DNA of 64,000 bases from Eubacteriales bacterium (GTDB lineage: Bacteria; Bacillota; Clostridia; Oscillospirales; CAG-272), in the NCBI GenBank assembly GCA_045587445.1, contig JAZNCH010000069.1, positions 5,466 through 69,465 of the forward strand. The letters run 5' to 3'. The notes beneath the pieces are model-generated. The model did no database searches. It was given only the letters and a program-made list of their open reading frames with translations, and was not told the DNA's origin. Shown one piece after another: positions 36,782 to 46,112 of this stretch. The first letter of the stretch is position 1, and the number at the start of each line of letters is the position of its first letter. A program made the translations under genes and the position numbers.

Positions 36782-36796
36782 AGACTTATTAAAAAA

Positions 36797-38113
36797 TTAT
36801 CTTCTGCCGTTTTTACGGTACTTGTATCGGTATCTCTTGCTTTTTATACGGCTGTGAATCACAACGGCGAGGTAAAGAAATGTTACGCCGACGAGACAAA
36901 ATATAACCATCTTGAATTTCGGCGATTTTGTAAAATCTTTAATTTTTGCAAGTAAATACAATAGATTGTTTCTTTCAACGCTGTTTTTTGTTATAAGGTC
37001 AACCTCGGATAAAGTTTCTCCGTTAAGGGAAAGGAGAATTTTTCCCGCAACATAACCTTCGGGAACAGGTGCGTTGAGAGTTTTTGTATAAAGTTCAACC
37101 TTTCGTTCAATATCTTTTTTTATATCGACCGAAGAGGGTAAAAAATATTCTACCGTTTTTGCGGGGGAAAGTACGACATAATCGACTTGACCTGACAAAT
37201 TAACGTCAATTTCGCATATCATTTCGCCCTGATCAAGAATTTTTTTATATTCAAAGTTTTTGAAAGCCCAGTCTATCATTTCGTTAGCTGCTATGTAGCT
37301 ATATATATTTTCGTCGTCGTAGCTACCGCCCATAAGCACGAAAATATTGGTCATACCGTCTTTTTTTACGGCTGTAACAACTACATGACCGCCCTCAACG
37401 GTTGAGCCGGCGTTCATACCTTCGGCTGCTTTGTTTCTGTATTTTGTTTCTACGTTGGTTGCAATAAGATAGTTACTGTTATAAACATATCTCGTTTTCG
37501 ACATATTGGTCTCGGGGAATACGTATCTTGATACAGAACATATATCCATATAATCTTTTAGAAGATATGCATATTTCGCAAGAATGGCGGTGTCTTCGGC
37601 AGTCGTATACATATCCGATTCGGGATATCCCGAAGGATTGGTGTAGTTCGTGTTTTTCATGCCAAGCTCAACAGCTTTTTGATTCATATTGTCAAGAAAC
37701 AACTCGTGGCTTCCCGACATTTCGTATGCAAGAACGTATGCGGCATCGTTGGCTCCGCCTACGATTACGGCGTATATAAGATTTTCAACCGATACCACTT
37801 CGCCTGCTTTGAGTTTAATATTCTTTCCCTTAAAATCTCCCAATGATTCCTTGGTAACGGTAATAAGGTCGGACATATTGTCCTTGTATAACTCAACAGC
37901 CAAAATTCCTGTCATAATCTTTGCCGTTGAAGCAGGATGGATTCTGTCGGCTTCGTTCTTCTTGTAAAGTGTTTTATCGTTTTCTATATTGTAAACGAAA
38001 ACATTCTGAACTGACGACAGGTCTGGCATATCTTCTTCCGCATATACAGTAAATGCGAAAAACATCAATATTAAAATTGTAAAGCCTAAAAATAACAGTA
38101 TTCTTTTCTTCAC
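36797..38113 (-). CDS. D-alanyl-D-alanine carboxypeptidase (serine-type, PBP5/DacB-like) with a C-terminal membrane anchor
   Basis: Motifs PASTAKIMT (SxxK) and SGY/SxN, plus a PBP5 C-terminal domain. GTG 38113 gives the signal peptide VKKRILLFLGFTILILMFFAFTVYA and avoids overlap with ribF; the alternative ATG is at 38173. Confidence 0.88.
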   Translation of the reverse strand: MKKRILLFLGFTILILMFFAFTVYAEEDMPDLSSVQNVFVYNIENDKTLYKKNEADRIHPASTAKIMTGILAVELYKDNMSDLITVTKESLGDFKGKNIKLKAGEVVSVENLIYAVIVGGANDAAYVLAYEMSGSHELFLDNMNQKAVELGMKNTNYTNPSGYPESDMYTTAEDTAILAKYAYLLKDYMDICSVSRYVFPETNMSKTRYVYNSNYLIATNVETKYRNKAAEGMNAGSTVEGGHVVVTAVKKDGMTNIFVLMGGSYDDENIYSYIAANEMIDWAFKNFEYKKILDQGEMICEIDVNLSGQVDYVVLSPAKTVEYFLPSSVDIKKDIERKVELYTKTLNAPVPEGYVAGKILLSLNGETLSEVDLITKNSVERNNLLYLLAKIKDFTKSPKFKMVIFCLVGVTFLYLAVVIHSRIKSKRYRYKYRKNGRR

Positions 38114-38117
38114 TTTT

Positions 38118-39062
38118 TTAATTCCCCTGATTTTTTGAAAAATATTCTCTAACCGAAAAAATATCTTTTTCAATTGCTTCTTTTAATTCTTCCATTCCGT
38201 CGAATTTCTGTTCGTCTCGAAGTCTTTTATAAAAGCTTACTTTTACTCTTTGGTCGTAAAGACAACCATCGTAATCAATAATATGAGTTTCGCAGTTAAT
38301 ATCTTCAACATCGTTGTTTACCGTAGGACGAGACCCAACGTTTGATACCCCCATAAACGTATTTCCGTCAACCAAACAAGTGCTGGCATATATTCCGTTT
38401 TTTAGTTTTATCTTATCTGAAGGGAATGCTTGATTTATCGTCGGTATTCCAAGAGTTCTGCCTAAGTGCTTTCCGTGAACGACAGGGAGGTTTATCGAAT
38501 ATGGTCTGCCTAACATACTGTTGGCTTTTTCTATTTGTCCCGCTTTAATTGCATCTCGTATAGCTGTTGAACTGATAATGCCTTCTTGTGTGCATACGGC
38601 GTCTGTAACAATAACGTTTCGTCCTGTCTTTTTGAGTAGTTCCCCTAATATTTCAGGAGTCCCCGTTCTGTTGTTGCCGAATCTGAAATTAAAACCGCAA
38701 ACGGCTAAACGGCAGTCGAATTTTTTTGTAAGTATTATGTCAACGAACTCTTCGGGCGTATAATTTCTAACTGAGAGAAAATCCTCGTATATGGCATAGT
38801 CAAGATCGTTTTCTGTAAATATATCATTTTTTTCTTCGGTCGATGTAAGATATGCGTTCTTTTTTGGGAAAAGGGTGTTCATAGTGTGTTCTTCAAATGT
38901 CCACACCCCGACCTTTAGTCCAAGTCGTTTTCCCTCGGCGATAGCGTTTTTTATAAGCTCAAGATGACCGAGGTGGATTCCGTCAAAGTTTCCCAATATC
39001 AAACAAAGGGGAGACGAACAGTCTTTGATTTCTATTCTGTTTTTCAAATCTATTATTTTCAA
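38118..39062 (-). CDS. ribF: Bifunctional riboflavin kinase / FMN adenylyltransferase
   Basis: LILGNFDGIHLGHLELI.., and GRTLGIPTIN..GIYA..G.SNVGSRPT. TTG 39062 lies 8 nt after AAGGGGA; the ORF-track extension to 39164 has no homology context. Confidence 0.92.
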   Translation of the reverse strand: MKIIDLKNRIEIKDCSSPLCLILGNFDGIHLGHLELIKNAIAEGKRLGLKVGVWTFEEHTMNTLFPKKNAYLTSTEEKNDIFTENDLDYAIYEDFLSVRNYTPEEFVDIILTKKFDCRLAVCGFNFRFGNNRTGTPEILGELLKKTGRNVIVTDAVCTQEGIISSTAIRDAIKAGQIEKANSMLGRPYSINLPVVHGKHLGRTLGIPTINQAFPSDKIKLKNGIYASTCLVDGNTFMGVSNVGSRPTVNNDVEDINCETHIIDYDGCLYDQRVKVSFYKRLRDEQKFDGMEELKEAIEKDIFSVREYFSKNQGN

Positions 39063-39185
39063 AATGCGTCCCCTTAATTTGTTATAAATCAATAACTCTG
39101 CCCCAAAACAACCGAGATAGTCGCAAAGGAACAGAGCGTAAAAATGCGTAACAAAAAAACTCAAAAATTTTTTAAACTTAAAAAA

Positions 39186-39443
39186 TTATTTGACTCCGAG
39201 AAAATTCTTCACAAGAATGTTTAAAAGTTCGTCGCGGTCAATCTTGCGGATAAGACTGCGGGCGTTCTTGTGATTGGTGATATAAGTCGGGTCTTCCGAA
39301 AGAATATAACCAACTATCTGATTAATGGGATCGTAGCCCTTTTCGATAAGAGCGGCATACACGTTTAGAAGAATTTTTCTTGTGTCGTCGTCTTTTTCTC
39401 CGTTAAGCGAAAAGGTTAGTGTTTTGTCTTTCTCATCGTACAT
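39186..39443 (-). CDS. ireB: IreB-family regulatory phosphoprotein (UPF0297)
   Basis: An 85 aa protein; ..[47 protein letters not shown] is a UPF0297 hallmark. Confidence 0.85.
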   Translation of the reverse strand: MYDEKDKTLTFSLNGEKDDDTRKILLNVYAALIEKGYDPINQIVGYILSEDPTYITNHKNARSLIRKIDRDELLNILVKNFLGVK

Positions 39444-39610
39444 TTTGTTTCAGCTCCTTGCGAGTTGCGTTTTATTTATTTTACACCTAATCCCCAATAA
39501 TATCAATAGGTTATAACTTATTTTTTTGAAATCTTTGAAAAAATTAAAGAATTATTTAAAATTGCGGCATACGGAAGGCAAAAACCGTACGCCGCGCCGC
39601 TATATAAAAG

Positions 39611-40552
39611 TTAAAAGTATGTTTCAATCAACTTATTACTTTCGTCTGGGGAGTATTTCCATGAATCAATATGTTTTATGTTGGCCTTGGGAAAGGGACT
39701 GTTTGTATTGGTTTTCTTTTCGCCCTTGTAGCTGTCGATAAGCACAAGCTTTATTTTCATTCTTTCGGGAATTATATTTTTTATGTAAACTGCGGCTGTC
39801 TGACCGACGGTTATACCTTCGCGGTATTCCGCAAGTCCCGCAAGATTAGGAGTCAGTTCTACAAATATTCCATAATCCTCAATAGAACGTACGATGCCTG
39901 CGACCGTTTGCCCAACTGAAAAAAGGTTTGCGTTTTCTTCCCACGTTCCGAGCAGTTCTTTGTGGGTTACGTATATTCTGCCAGATTCAAAATCAATGCT
40001 TTTTATTACTGTGTTGATGTACTGTCCTATGGTAAATCTGTCGGAAGGGTGGCTTATTCTTGAAACCGATATACAGTCGATAGATAAGAGCGAGATTATA
40101 CCGCAACCAATATCGACAAAAGCTCCGAAATGCTCAAGGTGGGTTACCTTTGACGGAATGACGTCGCCGGGGGAGAGGTGTGATAGATAACATTCATAAC
40201 ACTCTCTCTGAGCTTCGCGTCTTGACAGTATGCACAGAGGAGAGCCGTTTTCGTTGTACCTTATTTCTTTTATTTTAAAGCATACGGCTTTGCCCACCCT
40301 TGTTATGACGGCAATATCTTTTACTCCGTTGCCGTTGATTTCCCAAACGACCTCTTCTCTGGGGATAATGCCTCGGATACCGTTGCCGAGTTCGACGTAT
40401 AAGGACATAGCGTTGTTGCAAAGAATAGCCATTCCTTCGAGTATAACGCCCTCCTGTTTAGCTTTTTCAAGTCCCGCCAACGTAGAAAGATACTCCGTAT
40501 TTTCCGACCTTTCGAGCTTCATTCCCTCGGGATAATACATACGTTTTTCCAT
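39611..40552 (-). CDS. S1 RNA-binding domain protein (multiple S1 repeats)
   Basis: Repeated S1 motifs (GDVIPSKVTHLEHFGAFVDIG.., GQTVAGIVRSIEDYGIFVEL..). The start is uncertain: ATG 40552 or TTG 40591. Confidence 0.8.
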   Translation of the reverse strand: MEKRMYYPEGMKLERSENTEYLSTLAGLEKAKQEGVILEGMAILCNNAMSLYVELGNGIRGIIPREEVVWEINGNGVKDIAVITRVGKAVCFKIKEIRYNENGSPLCILSRREAQRECYECYLSHLSPGDVIPSKVTHLEHFGAFVDIGCGIISLLSIDCISVSRISHPSDRFTIGQYINTVIKSIDFESGRIYVTHKELLGTWEENANLFSVGQTVAGIVRSIEDYGIFVELTPNLAGLAEYREGITVGQTAAVYIKNIIPERMKIKLVLIDSYKGEKKTNTNSPFPKANIKHIDSWKYSPDESNKLIETYF

Positions 40553-40685
40553 ATAAAGTTTTCCTGCCTTTCGTCCTCTTTTTTGATGCAAGTCTTATTT
40601 TGTACAATTGTATTTACGAGGACGAAAAAATAGAACAAAATAATGTGATTGTATTTTTGTGCGGTTTGCAAAAGAAGAAACAAAA

Positions 40686-41240
40686 AACATTATCTTCAAA
40701 CAAACACCACCCCCTATGTACTTATTACAGCTCCGCACAGACCAAGGAAGATTCCAAAGGTGGAAAACCTTTGGCCGTTTTACGAGGGAGGGTTCAAAGG
40801 GAGGGGGAGAATCGCTCGCCACGCGAGAGGGAATCTCTGGTTCTTCAAACTCAATAAAGAACTTAATTGACTTGTACGCACCAGTTTTCTCCTGCGGTGT
40901 TACCGCCCTGTCCCTTTGCGTCTTCTTTGGTTACTTTCTTTACGGAAAGAAAGTAACGAAGAGAAATCTAAAAGAATGTAATTTTTTATAGATACATTTG
41001 TTGAGAAGTATCTAACAATTATCATAGAGATATTGTTCTAAAAGAACTCTATCTTTTTTCTTTTTTTCATACTTTCTTGGTGCCAAGAAAGTATTGCAAA
41101 GAAGGCACAAAGGGGCTGGGGGTTTCGATTCCCCCACCCCTTTGAACCCCATACCCCCAAAACGACCAAAGAGGAGACCTCTTTGGAATTTTCCTTTAGT
41201 CTGTGCGGAGCTGTAATAAGTGCATAGATGTGATATGTTT
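40686..41240. repeat. Palindrome-rich ~555-bp non-coding element, copy B (inverted relative to copy A)
   Basis: It has the same terminal modules as 21597-22170. The interior equals the reverse complement of copy A at about 90% identity, for example CCGTTTTACGAGGGAGGGTTCAAAGGGAGGGGGAGAATCGCTCGCCACGCGAGAGGGAATCTCTGG. Confidence 0.9.
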
Positions 41241-41343
41241 GGGTATTTTTTTATTTAAAAGCGAAAAGGGTGTTTTTTGCGTTAATTTATCATAATATAT
41301 AGAAAAATTAAGAAATCTATAATATTTCCATAATATTATCACC

Positions 41344-41372
41344 TTGACACTTGGGATTTAAAGTGCTATAAT
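41344..41372 (+). promoter_or_regulatory. sigma-A type promoter of the HD-hydrolase/rlmN/stp/prkC operon
   Basis: TTGACA (41344-41349), 17 nt spacer, TATAAT (41367-41372). Confidence 0.6.
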
Positions 41373-41414
41373 AATATGAATTATTATATTTTCGGGTAGA
41401 ATGGAGTGAAAACG

Positions 41415-42008
41415 GTGGCAGACAACAAGAAAATAAACAGCTTTTTTGCTGTCTTTTTCAGACAGAAGTATATTAACCGTTGGGGACTTATGCGAAACGT
41501 TACAAACGAAAATCTTTCTACCCACGCCGCAGAAGTCTCGTGCATCGCTCACGCACTTGCCGTTATCGGAAACACTTATTTTGGTAAGAGCTACAACGCG
41601 GACAGAGTTGCGACCTTAGCTCTCTATCACGATATGCCAGAGGTGTTTACCGGAGACCTTCCTACTCCGGTAAAATATGCAAACGACGCTTTACGTCAAT
41701 GCTATGCTCAGCTTGAGCAAAAAGCGGTAGAACAGCTTACCGAAAGACTGCCGGAAAAATTGCAGGGTGAGTACAAGGCTTTGCTTGAAATAACGCCCGA
41801 GGACGAACAGTTGAAAAAGTTGGTTAAGGGAGCAGACAAGCTATGCGCTTTGATAAAATGCATTGAAGAAGAAAAATTGGGCAACAACGATTTTTCAAGT
41901 GCAAGGCTTGCGACTGAAAAATCACTCAAGGCTATGAGTTTTGAGGAGCTTAACTATTTTATTGAACATTTTCTTCCCGCGTTTGAGGGAACGCTTGATG
42001 AAATATAA
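41415..42008 (+). CDS. HD-domain 5'-deoxynucleotidase (YfbR-like)
   Basis: RWGLMRNVTNENLSTHAAEV..LYHDMPEVFTGDLPTPVK. GTG 41415 lies 8 nt after GGAG; the alternative is GTG 41406. Confidence 0.8.
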   Translation: MADNKKINSFFAVFFRQKYINRWGLMRNVTNENLSTHAAEVSCIAHALAVIGNTYFGKSYNADRVATLALYHDMPEVFTGDLPTPVKYANDALRQCYAQLEQKAVEQLTERLPEKLQGEYKALLEITPEDEQLKKLVKGADKLCALIKCIEEEKLGNNDFSSARLATEKSLKAMSFEELNYFIEHFLPAFEGTLDEI

Positions 42009-43042
42009 TGGAAAACAAGGTTGATATATTAAGTCTTTTTCCCGAAGAATTGGGACAGGTTTTGGAAAATGAACCGAGATACAGAGTAAAACAGCTTTTC
42101 GACTGGCTTCACAAGGGTGCAACCATTGATGAAATGACCAATTTACCTAAGAAAATGCGTGAAGAGCTACAGGAAAAAACATATATTGCACTTCCCGAAA
42201 TATCAAAAAAATACGTATCTAAGATAGACGGAACTGTTAAGTATCTTTTCAGGTTGTTTGACGGACAATGTATTGAAAGTGTTGTAATGAAATACAAACA
42301 CGGGAATACAATATGTATATCAAGCCAAGCGGGCTGTAAAATGGGATGCAAGTTCTGCGCATCTACTCAAAACGGTTGGGTAAGAAACCTCACTCCCTCG
42401 GAAATGTTGGGGCAGGTACTTATCGCTCAAAAAGATACCGGACTTCGAATATCCAATATTGTTCTTATGGGAATAGGCGAACCGCTTGATAACTATGATA
42501 ACGTTATGCGTTTTCTCCGTCTCGTCAGCCTTGATGAAGGGTTGAACATTGGACTTAGACACATATCTTTGTCTACTTGCGGAGTTGTTGACAAGATATA
42601 CGCATTGGCAGAAGAGAGCCTACCTGTTACGCTTTCGGTTTCCTTGCATCACTCAAATGATAAGGACCGTTCGGCACTTATGCCTATAAACAAAAAATGG
42701 AATATAGACGAACTTTTGACCGCGTGCAAGGTGTTTTTTGAAAAGACCGGCAGACGAATATCATTTGAATATGCGGTTATAGCAGGTGTAAACGATAATG
42801 AAACTCAGGCAAACGCTTTAGCAGACTTGCTCTTGAAAAAGCTTCCCGGTATTCCTTTTCACGTAAATCTTATACCTGTAAATCCCGTTGAGGGAACAGG
42901 CTTTACAAGTGGAATAAAAACTGTTATGCAATTTCAAGCAACCCTTGAAAAACGCAAGGTTAATGCAACTATCAGAAGAAAACTCGGTTCGGATATTGAT
43001 GCATCTTGCGGACAGTTGCGTAGGCAAGAGATGAATATTTAA
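42008..43042 (+). CDS. rlmN: 23S rRNA/tRNA (adenine-C2)-methyltransferase, radical SAM
   Basis: YRVKQLFDWLH.., CISSQAGCKMGCKFCAST, the GIGEPLDN motif, and a late DIDASCGQL cysteine. The ATG overlaps the upstream stop. Confidence 0.95.
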   Translation: MENKVDILSLFPEELGQVLENEPRYRVKQLFDWLHKGATIDEMTNLPKKMREELQEKTYIALPEISKKYVSKIDGTVKYLFRLFDGQCIESVVMKYKHGNTICISSQAGCKMGCKFCASTQNGWVRNLTPSEMLGQVLIAQKDTGLRISNIVLMGIGEPLDNYDNVMRFLRLVSLDEGLNIGLRHISLSTCGVVDKIYALAEESLPVTLSVSLHHSNDKDRSALMPINKKWNIDELLTACKVFFEKTGRRISFEYAVIAGVNDNETQANALADLLLKKLPGIPFHVNLIPVNPVEGTGFTSGIKTVMQFQATLEKRKVNATIRRKLGSDIDASCGQLRRQEMNI

Positions 43043-43103
43043 CATATATTTACATAGACGAGAAAGATTTTTAGGTTGATTAATTACTATTTGGAGGTAG
43101 TTT

Positions 43104-43910
43104 ATGCAGTTTTTCGGAAAAAGCGACACGGGCAAAAGACGCCGTGAAAACCAAGACAGCTTTATAACCGAACAGCTATATGACAATGCCGTTTTGTGTC
43201 TTGTATGCGACGGAATGGGCGGAGCAAACGGCGGAAGTATTGCCAGCTCAATGGCGTGTCGTGAATTTACCAAGCACGTAAAGAAGAAGCTATCCGATAT
43301 AAAACAAGAGAAGCAGTTATGTTTTGATGCCAAAAACTCTGAAGCAGAAAAGCTTTTGAAAAGTGCGACGACGTTAACCAATACCGCAGTTTTCAAAAAG
43401 GCTTTGAAAGAAAAAGAGCTCGAGGGCATGGGAACGACTCTTGTTTGTGCACTTATAATTGACGGTAAGCTTTATATTACCAACATAGGAGATTCAAGAC
43501 TTTATCTTGTGAACAAAGATGAGATAAAGCGTTTGACAAGAGACCATTCTTACGTACAGACGTTGGTTGACTTAGGGCAGCTTACCCCGGAGGAAGCTGA
43601 AAAGAATCCGCACAAGAACATTATTACAAAGGCGATAGGAACTCAAAAAAAGGTTGAGCCTGATTTATTCTTCAAAGACTTATCCGAGGGAGACGTTGAG
43701 TACATTCTGATGTGCTCGGACGGACTTACAAATTTCGTTGAAGAAAAAGAAATACACAACATAATCAAGGAAAGCGAAAACATTGAAATTGCTTGTAACA
43801 CCCTTATAGATAGAGCAAACGAAAACGGCGGAGGAGATAATATTACTGCCGTATTGATAAAACTTGACATACCGACTTCGGATAATGATACCGAAGCCGA
43901 GGCAGAATGA
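43104..43910 (+). CDS. stp: PP2C-family Ser/Thr phosphatase (Stp/PrpC)
   Basis: GKRRRENQDSF..VCDGMGG..GMGTT..GDSRLY..CSDGL..NGGGDNITAVL. Confidence 0.92.
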   Translation: MQFFGKSDTGKRRRENQDSFITEQLYDNAVLCLVCDGMGGANGGSIASSMACREFTKHVKKKLSDIKQEKQLCFDAKNSEAEKLLKSATTLTNTAVFKKALKEKELEGMGTTLVCALIIDGKLYITNIGDSRLYLVNKDEIKRLTRDHSYVQTLVDLGQLTPEEAEKNPHKNIITKAIGTQKKVEPDLFFKDLSEGDVEYILMCSDGLTNFVEEKEIHNIIKESENIEIACNTLIDRANENGGGDNITAVLIKLDIPTSDNDTEAEAE

Positions 43911-43926
43911 AATGAGGTGAGATTTA

Positions 43927-46005
43927 ATGGAACTTGAGAAGTATATCGGCAGAGTCCTTGACAACAGATACAAGATAGTAAAGGTTATCGGCAAGGGCGG
44001 TATGGCTATAGTATTCGAAGCATTAGACCTCGCCATGAAGCGTGTTGTTGCTTTGAAGATATTGAAAGACGATGTTGCGAAGGATCCGCAGTCGGTTAAG
44101 AGATTCGTAAACGAATCAAAGGCTATTTCTATGCTTTCGCACCCAAATATCGTATCTATATATGATATTTCCATAAAGGGCGATTTGAAGTATATAGTAA
44201 TGGAACGCGTTGAAGGTATCACGCTGAAAAACTATATAACGCGAAAAGGCGCACTCAGCGCAAGAGAGGCCCTTGTTTATACACAGCAGATATTGAAGGC
44301 GTTGGAACACGCTCATTCAAAGGGAATTATTCACAGAGACATTAAACCTCAAAATATTATGCTCCTTAAAAACGGAGTTATAAAGGTTACCGACTTCGGT
44401 ATTGCAAAGCTTCCTAATGCAGAAACCGTTACTGTAGCGGACAAGGCGATAGGAACGGTGTATTATATAAGTCCCGAACAGGCGAGCGGAAAGACTATTG
44501 ACCCGAGAAGCGACCTTTATTCATTGGGGATAGTAATGTATGAAATGCTGACGGGAGACCTTCCTTTCAGAGCGGATACACCGGTTTCTGTGGCGTTAAA
44601 GCAGATAAATGAACAGCCCAATCCTCCGAGAGAAAAAGTTCCGAAGCTTGCAATAGGCGTTGAGCAGATTATTCTTACGGCAATGGAAAAGAATCCGGAC
44701 AAGCGTTTTCAAAGTGCTGCCGCAATGCGTAAGCACGTTGAACAGATGTTGGCTAATCCCGCATACGTTTTCAGCAGCAAAAGGATGGCGGCAATATCGG
44801 CACCTACAGGTGTGAAAGGTGTTATTTCAAAACTGAAGAGCGATAAACCCAAACCAAAAAGACAGGGAGGCTCTATGCTTCCAGTTATAGCGGGTATTTG
44901 TCTTGCGTTTGTTATAATTGTTTCGATTTTGCTTGTGAATATTGTAATTGACTTGTTTAAGGACGACCCTTCCAACAGGAAGGAAATAATTGTTCCCGAC
45001 CTTGTTAATCAGGTGTATTCGGAACAGCTTAAGGCAGACCTTGAAGCACAGGGATATAACGTTATTATCGACTATGCGGACAATCCCAACGTTGAACCGT
45101 ATACTATTCTTAAGCAAAAGCCTTTAAAGGATTCGAGAAGAGTTATTATTGAGGGTGGAAAAAAGTGTGATTTGACACTTACTATATGCCGCGATGAAAA
45201 TGCAATGACGTATGCATTGTCGAATTATACGATGTCGGATTATAGAACGGTTGAGATAAAGCTTGAAAAAATTGGTATGAAATCGACCGTGAAATTTGAA
45301 AAAGACGATATTATCCCCGAGGGAATGGTTATAAGAACCGACCCGGCGGAAGGAACAATAGTATCAAAGGATACTTTAATTACGCTTTACGTAAGTGACG
45401 GACCTGATGTTAAAATGGTGGAGATGCCGAAGCTTGTGGGGAAGACTCTTGAACAGGCAAAGCAGATTTTGGCGAATTATCAGCTTAATGACGGTAATAT
45501 TACTTATGTGGAATCGGATAGACCTAAGGGCGAGATACTTCAACAGAGCGTTGAAGAGGGTATGCAGGTTTCTTCGGGATCGGATATACATCTTGTTGTA
45601 AGTCAGGGTGTAGCTCAAACTGTTGGACCGAATATTATCAAGCTTTCAAACTATACGGGACAGCATATTGATGACGTTAGAGAAATGCTCAACGACCTTG
45701 ACCTTCGTTATACCATAATCCCCGAATATAATGATAGTTATGCTAACGGATATGTAATAAAAACTTATCCCGGTGCTGGTTCAGACGTTACTCCCAGTTC
45801 AAGTGATTCTGAAGGAACGATGATTAATATTTACGTAAGCCAAGGTGCGAAGCCGGTTGATACCGAACCTCCGGCGACCGAGCCTCCGGCGACCGAACCT
45901 CCCGCAACCGAGCCTCCGGCAACTGAGCCTCCGGCAACTGAGCCTCCGGCGACCGAGCCTCCGGCAACCGAGCCGCCGGCTACAGAATCAACACCGGACA
46001 ACTGA
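43927..46005 (+). CDS. prkC: PASTA-domain Ser/Thr protein kinase
   Basis: Hanks kinase motifs (GKGGMAIV, HRDIKPQN, DFGIA, SPEQ), one TM segment, three PASTA-like repeats, and a C-terminal (PPATE)x8 tail. Confidence 0.95.
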   Translation: MELEKYIGRVLDNRYKIVKVIGKGGMAIVFEALDLAMKRVVALKILKDDVAKDPQSVKRFVNESKAISMLSHPNIVSIYDISIKGDLKYIVMERVEGITLKNYITRKGALSAREALVYTQQILKALEHAHSKGIIHRDIKPQNIMLLKNGVIKVTDFGIAKLPNAETVTVADKAIGTVYYISPEQASGKTIDPRSDLYSLGIVMYEMLTGDLPFRADTPVSVALKQINEQPNPPREKVPKLAIGVEQIILTAMEKNPDKRFQSAAAMRKHVEQMLANPAYVFSSKRMAAISAPTGVKGVISKLKSDKPKPKRQGGSMLPVIAGICLAFVIIVSILLVNIVIDLFKDDPSNRKEIIVPDLVNQVYSEQLKADLEAQGYNVIIDYADNPNVEPYTILKQKPLKDSRRVIIEGGKKCDLTLTICRDENAMTYALSNYTMSDYRTVEIKLEKIGMKSTVKFEKDDIIPEGMVIRTDPAEGTIVSKDTLITLYVSDGPDVKMVEMPKLVGKTLEQAKQILANYQLNDGNITYVESDRPKGEILQQSVEEGMQVSSGSDIHLVVSQGVAQTVGPNIIKLSNYTGQHIDDVREMLNDLDLRYTIIPEYNDSYANGYVIKTYPGAGSDVTPSSSDSEGTMINIYVSQGAKPVDTEPPATEPPATEPPATEPPATEPPATEPPATEPPATEPPATESTPDN
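45868..45987 (+). repeat. Eight tandem 15-bp repeats (CCTCCGGCGACCGAG consensus) inside prkC encoding (PPATE)8
   Basis: Direct reading gives 8 consecutive in-frame units with only synonymous or near-synonymous variation. Confidence 0.95.
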
Positions 46006-46023
46006 CATTATATATAAAACAAG

Positions 46024-46057
46024 AAGCTCTTTCCTTTTGGAAAGGGCTTGGTTTTTT
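46024..46057 (+). terminator. Rho-independent terminator of prkC
   Basis: AGCUCUUUCC-uuuu-GGAAAGGGCUU followed by GGUUUUUU. Confidence 0.7.
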
Positions 46058-46065
46058 GCATACAA

Positions 46066-46102
46066 AAAGGGGCTGTCTCAAAAAATTAATCTGAGACAGC
46101 CC
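46066..46102 (-). terminator. Rho-independent terminator of coaW
   Basis: On the minus strand: GGGCUGUCUCAGauuaauuuuuuGAGACAGCCCC followed by UUUUU. Confidence 0.75.
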
Positions 46103-46112
46103 AAATATATTT

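Noticed and set aside
40592-41414. Minus-to-plus switch of gene orientation as a sign of a replication origin
   Set aside because: No dnaA or dnaN genes and no DnaA-box clusters are visible. Orientation switches several times elsewhere in the window, and this gap is explained by repeat element B plus a promoter.
43680-44222. 180-aa minus-strand ORF
   Set aside because: It spans the stp/prkC junction in antisense and has no motifs, while both sense genes are unambiguous.
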